Source: an uncultured Bacillota bacterium
Lineage (GTDB): Bacteria > Bacillota_I > Bacilli_A > RFN20 > CAG-449
Length of the DNA: 64,000 nucleotides
Reading direction: 5' to 3'
Assembly (NCBI GenBank): GCA_902493275.1
Contig: CABUOQ010000003.1
Span: forward strand, 17,278-81,277
The stretch's first letter is position 1, and every line of letters begins with the position of its first letter. Below the pieces are notes generated by a model, which searched no databases, was not told the origin of the DNA, and saw only the letters and a list, made by a program, of their open reading frames with translations. The translations under genes were made by a program, and so were the position numbers. Below are positions 10,824 to 20,924 of the stretch, one piece after another.

Positions 10824-11102
10824 TTGACAGATGCTGCTGAAATTCAAGCTATGCGTTTAGATGTTAGCTTATTTGATGATGAAAAAGAAGCTGAGGGTGT
10901 AACTTTCTACGTTGAAAAAAATTGTTTATCTTTTACTGCACAATATGAAGAAGAAGGAGCTTTAATAAAAGCTACTGCAGCATATAATGAATACAATTAT
11001 TTAACAAAGACAGAACAAGAAACAAAAATGTCAATGGCTGTTGGTACTGAAAAACTTGATATGAATCTTGGCGCAGTTATCAGTGTCAGCTATAAGAAAT
11101 AA
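10824..11102 (+). CDS. Hypothetical protein (92 aa, TTG start). Possibly the 3' part of the same lipoprotein gene.
   Basis: ORF only. Its frame is open back to 10788, overlapping the end of the upstream ORF. Confidence 0.35.
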   Translation: MTDAAEIQAMRLDVSLFDDEKEAEGVTFYVEKNCLSFTAQYEEEGALIKATAAYNEYNYLTKTEQETKMSMAVGTEKLDMNLGAVISVSYKK

Positions 11103-11132
11103 TTAACGAATAATATCGTATTTATTATTATT

Positions 11133-11159
11133 GAAACGCATTTTGCGTTTCTTTTTTTT
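11133..11159 (+). terminator. Rho-independent terminator (GAAACGCA-tttt-GCGTTTC plus T8)
   Basis: Inverted repeat and T-run seen in the sequence. Confidence 0.75.
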
Positions 11160-11238
11160 AATAATAATTTTTGTAAAGATAAAAGTTTATAGAAAAAAAA
11201 TATGTAAGTAATATATAATAATCTAGAGGAATATTGAT

Positions 11239-11787
11239 ATGTTTTTAATAGTTGGTTTAGGAAATCCAGGAAGAGAGTATGAAAATACTCGTCACAATAT
11301 GGGATTTCAAGTATTAAATAAATTAGCTCTTCGTTGGAAGGTTGATTTTAATAAAGAAGATTTTCATGGCGAATATGTTAAAACAAGTTTTAATGGTCAA
11401 GATGTCATTCTTTTAAAACCGATGACATTTATGAATCTATCTGGCCAAAGTGTCATGGAATTATCACATTTTTATAAGATTCCTACAGAAAATATTTTAG
11501 TGATTTTTGATGATTTAGATACTGTTCCTGGAAAAATAAGGTTAAGGGAAAAAGGATCTTCTGGAGGACAAAAAGGAATACAATCAATTATTGATATGAT
11601 GCATACTGATCAAATAAAAAGAATTAAAATTGGAATTGGACGCTCATCTATTCCAGTAGTTGATTATGTTTTATCAGTTCCTTCTAAAGAAGAATTAGAG
11701 AAAATTGACATGGCCCAAAACATAGCTTTAGATGCAATTGAAGCATTTTTAAATAAAGGGTTTTTATACGCCTTAAGTAGATATTAA
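11239..11787 (+). CDS. pth: Peptidyl-tRNA hydrolase
   Basis: Classic Pth N-terminus MFLIVGLGNPGREYENTRHNMGF. 182 aa. Followed by mfd, as in Bacillus. Confidence 0.9.
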   Translation: MFLIVGLGNPGREYENTRHNMGFQVLNKLALRWKVDFNKEDFHGEYVKTSFNGQDVILLKPMTFMNLSGQSVMELSHFYKIPTENILVIFDDLDTVPGKIRLREKGSSGGQKGIQSIIDMMHTDQIKRIKIGIGRSSIPVVDYVLSVPSKEELEKIDMAQNIALDAIEAFLNKGFLYALSRY

Positions 11788-11789
11788 TT

Positions 11790-14700
11790 ATGAATTCACT
11801 TTTATCTTTGTTAGGCAAAAATAAGGCGGTTGAGAATCTGCTAACAAATAAAGGTCGTCTTGTAATTCAAGACCACCTCGCTTTAGCGTATCTTGTTAGT
11901 GCTGCGTTTATAAAAAGTGAAAAGAATATTTCAATTGTGGCTAATAATTTATATACGGCTCAAAGTATATATGAACAGATTAGTTCTTTGCTTGGTGAAG
12001 ATAATTGTTTATTGTACCCAATGGATGAGGTTTTTCATCAAACAAATTATGCATATTCTAAGGAAATGCTTTCTCAACGCTTATATGTTTTAAATAAAAC
12101 TTTTGATAATAAAAAAAGAATTTTAATAACACATGTATGTGCATCAAGAAGATATTTACCGTTAAAAAGTCTTTATCAAGAAAACAATATTAAGTTAAAA
12201 AGAGGATCTACTTATAGCCTTTTGAAATTAGTCAAGCAATTGACTGACATGTCATTTACTCGTGTTAATAAAGTTGATCAATCACTTCAGTTTGCTCTTA
12301 GAGGTGATATTTTAGATATATTTCCTATAAATGAGGAAAAACCGATTAGAATTGAATTTTTTGATGATGAGATTGAATCTATAAGATATTTTGAAATTAC
12401 AAATCAAACTTCTTTTGAAGAAATCGAAGATATAGAAATATTTCCTTCTAGCGATTTATTATTTACGCAAGATCAAAAAGAAAAAGCTTTACTCAAGATA
12501 AAGAATAAACTTTTGGAAGACACAAAATCTTTAGATTATTCAATAAAAGAATCTTTAATTAATCAAGTCAATAGTGATATATCTGCCATTGAAAATAAAG
12601 GATTAGATGAAAGTTTATATCGATATTTTCATTTTTTCTTTGATGAATTAAAAGTGAGCATTTTTGATTATTTCAAAGCGGATATCAATATTTTTTATCA
12701 GATCAATGAAATTAATTCATCATTGGATGTTCATCAAAATGAACTATGCCAATATATCGGTGAACTATATCAAAATGGATTAAGTTTAAATGACTTTAAT
12801 CAAGAATTATCGCTATTTGATATTGTAAAGAACATTCCAAATAATATTAATTCTTTTTCATATTTTGCTAGCGATGATGATTATGGATTAAATATTAAAT
12901 CAATTCCTTTTTTTGCTAGTAATCTAATTAATTCTTTATCATTAATAAAAGAATATGCTAAGGCAAATAAAGTCATAATATCTTTATCTGAACAGTATTT
13001 TGATATTTACAAAGACTTCTTAAACGATAACAATATTGATTTTGAAATTATTGAAAATAAAATGCCTTCAAAGTCAGTTGCGTTAAAAAAAGATGACTTA
13101 CAATCTGGATTTGAATTATTAGATGAGAAAATTATCTTTTTATCTAAAAAGGAAATTTTTGGATACAAACAGAATCTAACTTTATTTTCTTCAAGATATA
13201 AAAAGGCAGTCATTTTAAATTCATATGAAGAATTACAAATAGGTGATTATATTGTACACGAAGAAAATGGTATAGGCAGATATGAAGGAATAGTTACTTT
13301 GACAGCTAATGAGATAACGCAAGATTACCTAAAAATAATGTACGCTAATGAGCAAGTGTTATATGTTCCTTTGACAAAGTTTTCGACTATTAGAAAATAT
13401 GTTTCTCGCGAAGGTAGTGTACCACGCCTAAGCAGAATAGGTGGTAAAGATTGGTCTAAGACTAAAGAAAAGATAAAAGAGAAAGTTAATTTCTTAGCAG
13501 AGAGATTGATAAAACTATATGCCGAAAGAGAAGCTACTCCTGGATTTGCATTTAAAAAAGATGATGAATTTCAAAACCAATTTGAAAGTACATTTCCATA
13601 TACTTTAACTCAAGATCAAACTAAAGCTATTGAAGAAATAAAAAAAGATATGGAACGTCCTGTCCCAATGGATCGTTTGTTATGTGGCGATGTTGGTTTT
13701 GGAAAAACTGAGGTGGCCTTTAGAGCAGCATTTAAAGCAATTCTTTCTAATAAACAAGTTGCCATTCTTTGTCCGACAACTATTTTAGCTAAACAACATT
13801 ATGATATCGCTCAGTCACGTTTTGCTTTATTTGGAGTTAAAATAGCTATTTTCTCTCGTTTTATTAGTGATGCTAGACAGCACGAATATATTGAACAAAT
13901 AAAAAAGGGAGATATTCATTTAATAATTGGAACGCATAGGTTGTTATCTAAAGAGATAGAAATTCCTAATTTAGGACTACTTATTGTTGATGAGGAACAA
14001 CGTTTTGGTGTAGAACATAAAGAAAGAATTAAAGAGATGTCTAAAAATATTGATGTTTTAACTTTAACTGCGACTCCAATACCAAGAACGTTACAAATGT
14101 CACTATTAGGAATTAGAAATTTATCTCAATTGAGGACACCACCATTTTCTAGAATGCCAATTCAAACATATGTTATGCCATATAATGCTCGATTATCTAA
14201 GGAAGCTATCTCACGTGAATTATCACGCGGAGGGCAAGTGTTTTATCTTCATAACCGCGTAAGCTCAATCTATCAAAAGGCGAAGGATTTATCGACTCGT
14301 TTACCTCAAGCAAGAATTAGTGTTGTTCATGCTAAAATGGATAAAGATGATATTGATGATATAATGACTGAGTTTTATTCGGGTAATATTGATGTTTTGG
14401 TCTGTACTTCAATTATCGAAGCTGGATTAGATGTTCCGAATGCCAATACTATAATTATTGAAAATGCAGATACATTTGGTTTATCGCAATTATATCAAAT
14501 TAAAGGAAGAGTAGGGCGCTCAAATAAAGTAGCATATGCATATTTATTTTATAATCAAAATAAAGAATTGAATGAAATTGCGGATAAGCGTTTAAAGGCT
14601 ATTAAAGAATTTACAGAATTGGGATCAGGAATAAAAATTGCTCAAAAAGATTTAAATATTCGTGGAGCGGGTGATATTCTTGGATCTGAGCAATCTGGAT

Positions 14701-15239
14701 TTATTGATACGGTTGGTATTGATATGTATGTAAGTATTTTAAGCGAAGTTATTCAAGATAAAAAAGGAATGAAGAAGCAAGATAAAAAAACAAAATCAAC
14801 TAATATAACTATTGGTGGATATATTCCATCAACATATGCTTTAGATTCAGATAAAATAGAATTATATCAAGAAATAGAAGCTTGTAATAGCCTTTCTTCA
14901 ATAGAAATTTTAAGAAGAAAAATAAGAGATATATATGGAAGAATTCCAAGTGAAGTTGACAAAATTTTCTTAAAGAGGAAAATTGATATTTTATCATCCA
15001 ATTATAATATTGAATCAGTTGTTGAAGAGGAAACAATCAATATTATTTTAACTAAGGAATTTTCAACCACTAGAGGTTTAGCTACAAAATTAGGTGAAAA
15101 GTTTATGGATATATATGAAGATATTTATGTTAAATTTATCGATAAACATTTAATTATAAAATTGAAAAAGAATAAAAAATCAATCAATAATTTAATATTT
15201 ATTTTGCAGACGATAAACGCTTTTGATTTAGTAAATTAA
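11790..15239 (+). CDS. mfd: Transcription-repair coupling factor
   Basis: 1149 aa. Helicase motifs (GDVGFGKTEVA, DEEQRFGV) and a TRCF domain. Position after pth is conserved. Confidence 0.9.
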   Translation: MNSLLSLLGKNKAVENLLTNKGRLVIQDHLALAYLVSAAFIKSEKNISIVANNLYTAQSIYEQISSLLGEDNCLLYPMDEVFHQTNYAYSKEMLSQRLYVLNKTFDNKKRILITHVCASRRYLPLKSLYQENNIKLKRGSTYSLLKLVKQLTDMSFTRVNKVDQSLQFALRGDILDIFPINEEKPIRIEFFDDEIESIRYFEITNQTSFEEIEDIEIFPSSDLLFTQDQKEKALLKIKNKLLEDTKSLDYSIKESLINQVNSDISAIENKGLDESLYRYFHFFFDELKVSIFDYFKADINIFYQINEINSSLDVHQNELCQYIGELYQNGLSLNDFNQELSLFDIVKNIPNNINSFSYFASDDDYGLNIKSIPFFASNLINSLSLIKEYAKANKVIISLSEQYFDIYKDFLNDNNIDFEIIENKMPSKSVALKKDDLQSGFELLDEKIIFLSKKEIFGYKQNLTLFSSRYKKAVILNSYEELQIGDYIVHEENGIGRYEGIVTLTANEITQDYLKIMYANEQVLYVPLTKFSTIRKYVSREGSVPRLSRIGGKDWSKTKEKIKEKVNFLAERLIKLYAEREATPGFAFKKDDEFQNQFESTFPYTLTQDQTKAIEEIKKDMERPVPMDRLLCGDVGFGKTEVAFRAAFKAILSNKQVAILCPTTILAKQHYDIAQSRFALFGVKIAIFSRFISDARQHEYIEQIKKGDIHLIIGTHRLLSKEIEIPNLGLLIVDEEQRFGVEHKERIKEMSKNIDVLTLTATPIPRTLQMSLLGIRNLSQLRTPPFSRMPIQTYVMPYNARLSKEAISRELSRGGQVFYLHNRVSSIYQKAKDLSTRLPQARISVVHAKMDKDDIDDIMTEFYSGNIDVLVCTSIIEAGLDVPNANTIIIENADTFGLSQLYQIKGRVGRSNKVAYAYLFYNQNKELNEIADKRLKAIKEFTELGSGIKIAQKDLNIRGAGDILGSEQSGFIDTVGIDMYVSILSEVIQDKKGMKKQDKKTKSTNITIGGYIPSTYALDSDKIELYQEIEACNSLSSIEILRRKIRDIYGRIPSEVDKIFLKRKIDILSSNYNIESVVEEETINIILTKEFSTTRGLATKLGEKFMDIYEDIYVKFIDKHLIIKLKKNKKSINNLIFILQTINAFDLVN

Positions 15240-15361
15240 ATAAATAATATTTTGGTAATAATTGCTAACGAATTAAACTAAATAATGATTTATATTTTTA
15301 TATTTATTGTGGTTTTACTGTGAAAAAGTTATAATTTAAATATAAAACCAAGGAATATAAA

Positions 15362-16288
15362 ATGAATTTAAAAAACATTTATTCAGATCAATTACGTATT
15401 AAATCATATTATAAAAAAAATCTTGATAGTTCCTTTTCTATGTGGCCTCATTCACATGAATATTTGGAAATCATGGAAGTAATTTCAGGAACAGTATATT
15501 TAGACATTTATATTAACAAAGAGTTAGTGGAAACTATTAAGGTGCAACCGAATTCAATTATATTAATTACATCTTCAATTTTTCATCGCATTAGAAATGT
15601 CGATGATGTAGTTATGACGAATTTAGAGTTTGAACCTAATACTTCTACGACCTCACCATTTATTAAACATGTATTCTACTTAAAACAAGATTCTGAATGG
15701 AATGCGATATTTAATTCTAAATACGGTATTAATATTTTTTCTGATACTAATAATATTAAACAATCAATTGAGTCAATCATTAATCGCATTGAGAAAAAAG
15801 GATTAATTCAATCTGATGTATATATTGATTCTTTAATTATGCACTTATTAATAAAGATTAGTGAATGTTATAAAATGTTTAAATTGGTTTTGGATGGAGG
15901 GACGTTTTATTACTATAAATCTATTGACATTATTAAAAGAAATATCATGAACGATATTTCAGTAAAAGATTTAGCTAAAGAATTAAATATTACTCCTTCT
16001 TATCTTGAAAGAATCTTTAAAGAAGTATCTAATATCACAGTAAAAAAATATGTTAATTATTTAAAATTAGAAATAATAAAAGAACAATTAATTAATTCAT
16101 ATGAACCAATAAATGTTCTTTTTAAAAAATATGGTTATAAGACTATGGAACAATTTATTTATCAATTTAAAAGTGTTTATAACATGACGCCTAAAGCTTA
16201 TCGTAATCAACACCATTTACAAGTTTACTCAAAGTCAGATTTCTCTAATTATAATGAGAAAACCTTTCAAGATAAGAATATAAAATGA
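15362..16288 (+). CDS. AraC-family transcriptional regulator (N-terminal cupin-like sensor plus C-terminal AraC HTH)
   Basis: C-terminal HTH region (VKDLAKELNITPSYLERIFKEV ... PKAYRNQ). Convergent with the glycan operon. Confidence 0.7.
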   Translation: MNLKNIYSDQLRIKSYYKKNLDSSFSMWPHSHEYLEIMEVISGTVYLDIYINKELVETIKVQPNSIILITSSIFHRIRNVDDVVMTNLEFEPNTSTTSPFIKHVFYLKQDSEWNAIFNSKYGINIFSDTNNIKQSIESIINRIEKKGLIQSDVYIDSLIMHLLIKISECYKMFKLVLDGGTFYYYKSIDIIKRNIMNDISVKDLAKELNITPSYLERIFKEVSNITVKKYVNYLKLEIIKEQLINSYEPINVLFKKYGYKTMEQFIYQFKSVYNMTPKAYRNQHHLQVYSKSDFSNYNEKTFQDKNIK

Positions 16289-16299
16289 ATTTTTGATGA

Positions 16300-18129
16300 T
16301 TATTTTTTATTGACCCATACTAGCATATCGGTAGTTTCACGATTAGCAAAACAATAATATGGTATAAATTTTAATGTAGTTTTAATATATTTATAAGTTG
16401 AATATTCTTTGCCATTATCAAGTTTTCGGTACCCTTCTAGTGATAAGGTGTTCATTTTATAAGTTTCGTTATATTCTATTTTTATATCATGAGTCTTTTT
16501 TACAAATAGAGCATTTAAATTTTCACCATTATCAATACCTTCTAAGCAATACACAATCATGCCATATAATAAAGCATATTTATTTTGGCAATATGAGTTA
16601 TTTGGATTTGCCTCAATGAAAAATGGTTTAACATTAAAATCTATATTGATTTTAGAATTAACTTTTTCATTTTTAAATATAAGATATCCATTTTTAACAC
16701 CTAAATATTTACACCCGGTAACATTGATAATTGGTTTTTTACTATACCATGGTAAGCGTATTTTTAAGAAATTGTTGGAATCAGCTTTATACTCTACTTC
16801 AATTTTAAATTCTTTTGGAAATTGTGATTTTAAAACAATCTCTTTGTTAGTAAAATGTAAAGTGCTTGAGATAAACTGATTTATATATATATCATTATTT
16901 TCTTCATAGTATATATATTTGCTAATAGAGGCTATTGTTCTTGCAATATTTGGAGGGCAACAAGAACATTCAAAAAGTTCTACTCGATGGGTTATCGGCA
17001 ATTTTTGCTTCCAAATATCTTTGACAGAGGTTTCTTTATTTATTTCTTTTAAACGTATTTCTAGAGGATTCTCATAAAAGAAAGCTTTACCATCTAAAGA
17101 GGTCGAGGATAAGAATCCGTTATATAAAATTCTTTCTATTTGATCATGATATTCTTTTTTATGCTTTAAATTATATAAATCAAATAAGAACATCATTTCA
17201 CCAATAGAAGCACATGATTCACTATAAGCCGTTAATGGTGGAAGGTCGTGAGGAATAGTAAATATTTCTCCAGCTCGATAAGAACCGATTGAGCCTGTTA
17301 TATATTGTTTAGTTAATAAATCCGCATAAAGCTTATTAAGCGAGGAATAGATGGCTTTATCTTTGTTTATATCAGCATATTTAGCCATTCCGTCATATAA
17401 ATACATAGCTCTTACAGCATGCCCTTCAACACTATTTAATTCTCTTATAGGGGCATTATCTTGAGCATAGTATTTATTTGCAAACTCTTCGTAATAATCT
17501 TTTTCATTAGCACCTCTTTTTTCTAAAAAGAAACTGGCCATATTAAAATATTTTTTGTCACCAGTATATTTATATAAGCGTAACAAAGCTAATTCTATTT
17601 CCTCATGACCAGGAGTTACAAAATTAACATCATTATTTTTAATAAAGTGTTCATCGACAAACTCTAAGTATTTTTTTATGACATTAAGTAACACTTTTTT
17701 GTTCGTCGCTTGATCATAGGCTATTGCCGCTTCAATAAGATGACCAAGATTATATAATTCATGGTCACATCTGTTTTTTAAAATGTCATTTGGCCTAACT
17801 ACTTGGAAATAAGAATTGAAATAGCCATCTTTTTGTTGATGTGTTGCAATGCTATCTATCAACTGATCACATATTTGCTCATATTCAGCATATTTTTTTC
17901 GATCTTTAACTAGATAGTATGCTATAGCTTCAATTAGCTTTGCTACATCGCTATCGTAGGCTCTATGATGACTATCATCCTTATTATCATAAGTAAAAAA
18001 TATAGCTTTAAATCTAGTATCATTAAATCTTTTAATGATATTTGGAATAGATGCATTAATATTTAATTCATATCTATCTTTCCAAAAACCATCTAGCAAA
18101 TCAATTTTTTCAAAGTTTATTTCACTCAT
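16300..18129 (-). CDS. GH127-like (DUF1680) beta-L-arabinofuranosidase-type glycoside hydrolase
   Basis: About 610 aa (alpha/alpha)6-barrel-like sequence with the Cys-rich ECSCCPPN motif, reminiscent of the Zn/Cys catalytic site of GH127. No signal peptide. Confidence 0.5.
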   Translation of the reverse strand: MSEINFEKIDLLDGFWKDRYELNINASIPNIIKRFNDTRFKAIFFTYDNKDDSHHRAYDSDVAKLIEAIAYYLVKDRKKYAEYEQICDQLIDSIATHQQKDGYFNSYFQVVRPNDILKNRCDHELYNLGHLIEAAIAYDQATNKKVLLNVIKKYLEFVDEHFIKNNDVNFVTPGHEEIELALLRLYKYTGDKKYFNMASFFLEKRGANEKDYYEEFANKYYAQDNAPIRELNSVEGHAVRAMYLYDGMAKYADINKDKAIYSSLNKLYADLLTKQYITGSIGSYRAGEIFTIPHDLPPLTAYSESCASIGEMMFLFDLYNLKHKKEYHDQIERILYNGFLSSTSLDGKAFFYENPLEIRLKEINKETSVKDIWKQKLPITHRVELFECSCCPPNIARTIASISKYIYYEENNDIYINQFISSTLHFTNKEIVLKSQFPKEFKIEVEYKADSNNFLKIRLPWYSKKPIINVTGCKYLGVKNGYLIFKNEKVNSKINIDFNVKPFFIEANPNNSYCQNKYALLYGMIVYCLEGIDNGENLNALFVKKTHDIKIEYNETYKMNTLSLEGYRKLDNGKEYSTYKYIKTTLKFIPYYCFANRETTDMLVWVNKK

Positions 18130-20918
18130 TGTTTTACTCCTATTATTATTTCATAGTTAATTTTCTTTTCAGTAAATTTATATTTGGTATCTAATTGTGG
18201 ACCACATGAATTTGATCCAATTCCAGACATTTTATAATCTAGTATTAAATGATTATAAGAATCTTCTATTAAGTCATAGCAATGTTTCTTACTAGAGAGT
18301 TCATTTATTGAGTATGGACTATAATTAAAAGAAGAAAATCCTTTAACTTGTATTTTAAGATTGTCTTTTTTTAGACTAATTTCATTAGCTAAATGTGAGT
18401 TATTTTCTTGAGGTTTAATATAATCAATCTCTGATTTTATGCAATCGTTAAATTCCCCAAACGTATCTAAATAATGCTTATCGAGATATGATTCATATGG
18501 ACCATATCCGATATATGAGTATTTATTAAACTTTTTGTTAATTTTAAAATCAAGTCCTAAGCGAGGTAAGTATTCTATTTCATTATTAATATTTAAGTTT
18601 AATGAAATTTTTAAAGAATTATTATTAATAGAGTATTCTATCTTTCCTTTTAGAATATTATCTATGGCGATGTTTGCAATAATTTTTTTAGAATCAATGA
18701 CATAAGATGAGCATTGAACATTATAATTGAATAAACCATATTTATTCCACTTATCTATTTCATATTGATCATTATCAATAGGAGCTCTAATTAATAATAA
18801 ATTTACATCTTTAGATAATGATTCATTATCATAAATTATCTCTTTAATTAATCCAGTGTTTTTATTGATACTGATGAATAATTTTTCTTTTGTAATGATA
18901 AGCTCTCGTTCTTTTTCTAATATCTGGAACTTACAAGGCTCAAACGATAAATCTATTGTCATGTCTTTTACAAATGATTCTTCATAGTACAAGTTGCTAT
19001 TTACAAATACCTTGAAATTTAATACAGGTTCATCGTTTGCACAAATAAGAACTTCTCCGTGAGGGCTTAAAGAATCTATTTTTAATTTATGGTCATTATA
19101 ATAAACAATAATGTTATTAACAGTATGAAAATTGAATCTACTGATTAAGTAATAGTTATTACCATCTTTTTTTATTTTTAATTCGCTGTAAGCGGATTTT
19201 AATTCCAACATGCTTGTATGTGGTTTTCTTTTATAGTCAATTAAACCATCAACACAAAAGTTTCCACTATGGATTGATTCATTAAAATCGCCACCATATC
19301 CAGGCGTATTTTTATTAAAGTTAATTGGAAAAAGATGATCATTAAATTCCCAAACAAATCCTCCAATACATTGTTTGTGATTATAAAAATATTCAACATA
19401 ATCATGTATATCGCCACAGCTATTCCCCATCGCGTGAGAAAATTCGCAAAGGAGAAGCGGACGATTATCCTTTTTTATTGTTTCATCCATTTTCTCTAAG
19501 GATGAATACATTTGAGATATTAAATCTAATTTATAATTATTTCTTTCGCTATGAGAAGTATAAAGAGACTCATAATGAATAAATCTTTGTGATTCTTTTT
19601 CCTTCATCATTTTGATTCCTTTAATAATTATTTGACCATATCCAGATTCATTACCTGCGGAGAAAGAAATAATGCTAAAACGATTATGATCGCGCATCAT
19701 ACTTCTATTTAATCTATCAAATATAACTTTTTCAAATATAGGATTATCAGTTATAATATCAAAATCATTAGCGTCATATTGTCCGCTATAACGAACAATT
19801 CCATGGCATTCAATATCTGCTTCTAACATAACATATAATCCATATTCATCGCAAAGATATAAAAATTCTGGAGAAGAGGGATAATGAGATGTTCGTACAG
19901 CGTTAATATGATGTTCTTTCATAATTTGAATATCTCTTATATAATCATCTTTTGAAAGATAAAACCCAGTTTCATAATTACTATCATGATGGTTAACACC
20001 TAATAATTTTATTTCTCGATCATTTATTTTTAGACAAGAACTAAGTTCAATAAATCTTAGCGCGATATAATCATAAATAACTTCGTCACCGGTTTTAATT
20101 GTCATATTATATAGATAAGGTTCTTCATTATTCCATAATTTAGCATTTTTAATCGTAAAAGCTATTTTATTTGAAGATGACTTAATATTTATAATTTTAT
20201 TATTGCTCGCATCGAATACTTCGATGGTTTTAATTAATTTTGGAGCGATAAAATCAATAGTAACATTAACGCCATTATTATCTTTTACATAATTAACATA
20301 ATATGAAGTAATATGCTTTATATCACGTTCTAAGATATATACGTCTCTAAATAAACCAGATAAGCGGAACTTATCTTGGCATTCGAAATATGTTCCTACA
20401 CATGTCTCATACACAAAGACAATTATTTCATTTACACCATCATATAAATATTTAGTAATATCAAATTCGCTTGTGCAATGTGATACTTGATCAAATCCGA
20501 TAAAGTGATTGTTTAAGTATACATAGATACAACTATCTTTGCCTTCAAAATTTAAATAATATTTTTGGTTGATATTTTTTTTGAATATAAATGATTTACG
20601 GTAAACCCCATAATTAGAGTCATCAATAAATGGAGGTTTGATGTCAATTAGATAGTGATCGTTTACATAGCAAATATTACCATATCCATATACTTGATAA
20701 TTGCAAGGGACCTTAATTTTATTAAAAGAATCGTTTATGTTAAATTTTTCGTTTTTTAAATAATAGTGAAAATCCCAATCGCCATTTAATAAGGTAATTC
20801 TACTACCACCTTTATAAACGCTTTTCTTATCATGTATTCTTTTCGGACAGTAAAAATTTCTATCAATTAATCGATTTACTGAGATATGGTTTATGTCTTT
20901 GTGATAAGAATGCTTCAT
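18126..20918 (-). CDS. Beta-galactosidase, GH2 family
   Basis: GH2 TIM-barrel motif NAVRTSHYPSSPEFLYLCDEYGLYVMLEADIECHG. 930 aa. Confidence 0.8.
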   Translation of the reverse strand: MKHSYHKDINHISVNRLIDRNFYCPKRIHDKKSVYKGGSRITLLNGDWDFHYYLKNEKFNINDSFNKIKVPCNYQVYGYGNICYVNDHYLIDIKPPFIDDSNYGVYRKSFIFKKNINQKYYLNFEGKDSCIYVYLNNHFIGFDQVSHCTSEFDITKYLYDGVNEIIVFVYETCVGTYFECQDKFRLSGLFRDVYILERDIKHITSYYVNYVKDNNGVNVTIDFIAPKLIKTIEVFDASNNKIINIKSSSNKIAFTIKNAKLWNNEEPYLYNMTIKTGDEVIYDYIALRFIELSSCLKINDREIKLLGVNHHDSNYETGFYLSKDDYIRDIQIMKEHHINAVRTSHYPSSPEFLYLCDEYGLYVMLEADIECHGIVRYSGQYDANDFDIITDNPIFEKVIFDRLNRSMMRDHNRFSIISFSAGNESGYGQIIIKGIKMMKEKESQRFIHYESLYTSHSERNNYKLDLISQMYSSLEKMDETIKKDNRPLLLCEFSHAMGNSCGDIHDYVEYFYNHKQCIGGFVWEFNDHLFPINFNKNTPGYGGDFNESIHSGNFCVDGLIDYKRKPHTSMLELKSAYSELKIKKDGNNYYLISRFNFHTVNNIIVYYNDHKLKIDSLSPHGEVLICANDEPVLNFKVFVNSNLYYEESFVKDMTIDLSFEPCKFQILEKERELIITKEKLFISINKNTGLIKEIIYDNESLSKDVNLLLIRAPIDNDQYEIDKWNKYGLFNYNVQCSSYVIDSKKIIANIAIDNILKGKIEYSINNNSLKISLNLNINNEIEYLPRLGLDFKINKKFNKYSYIGYGPYESYLDKHYLDTFGEFNDCIKSEIDYIKPQENNSHLANEISLKKDNLKIQVKGFSSFNYSPYSINELSSKKHCYDLIEDSYNHLILDYKMSGIGSNSCGPQLDTKYKFTEKKINYEIIIGVKQ

Positions 20919-20924
20919 AATATT

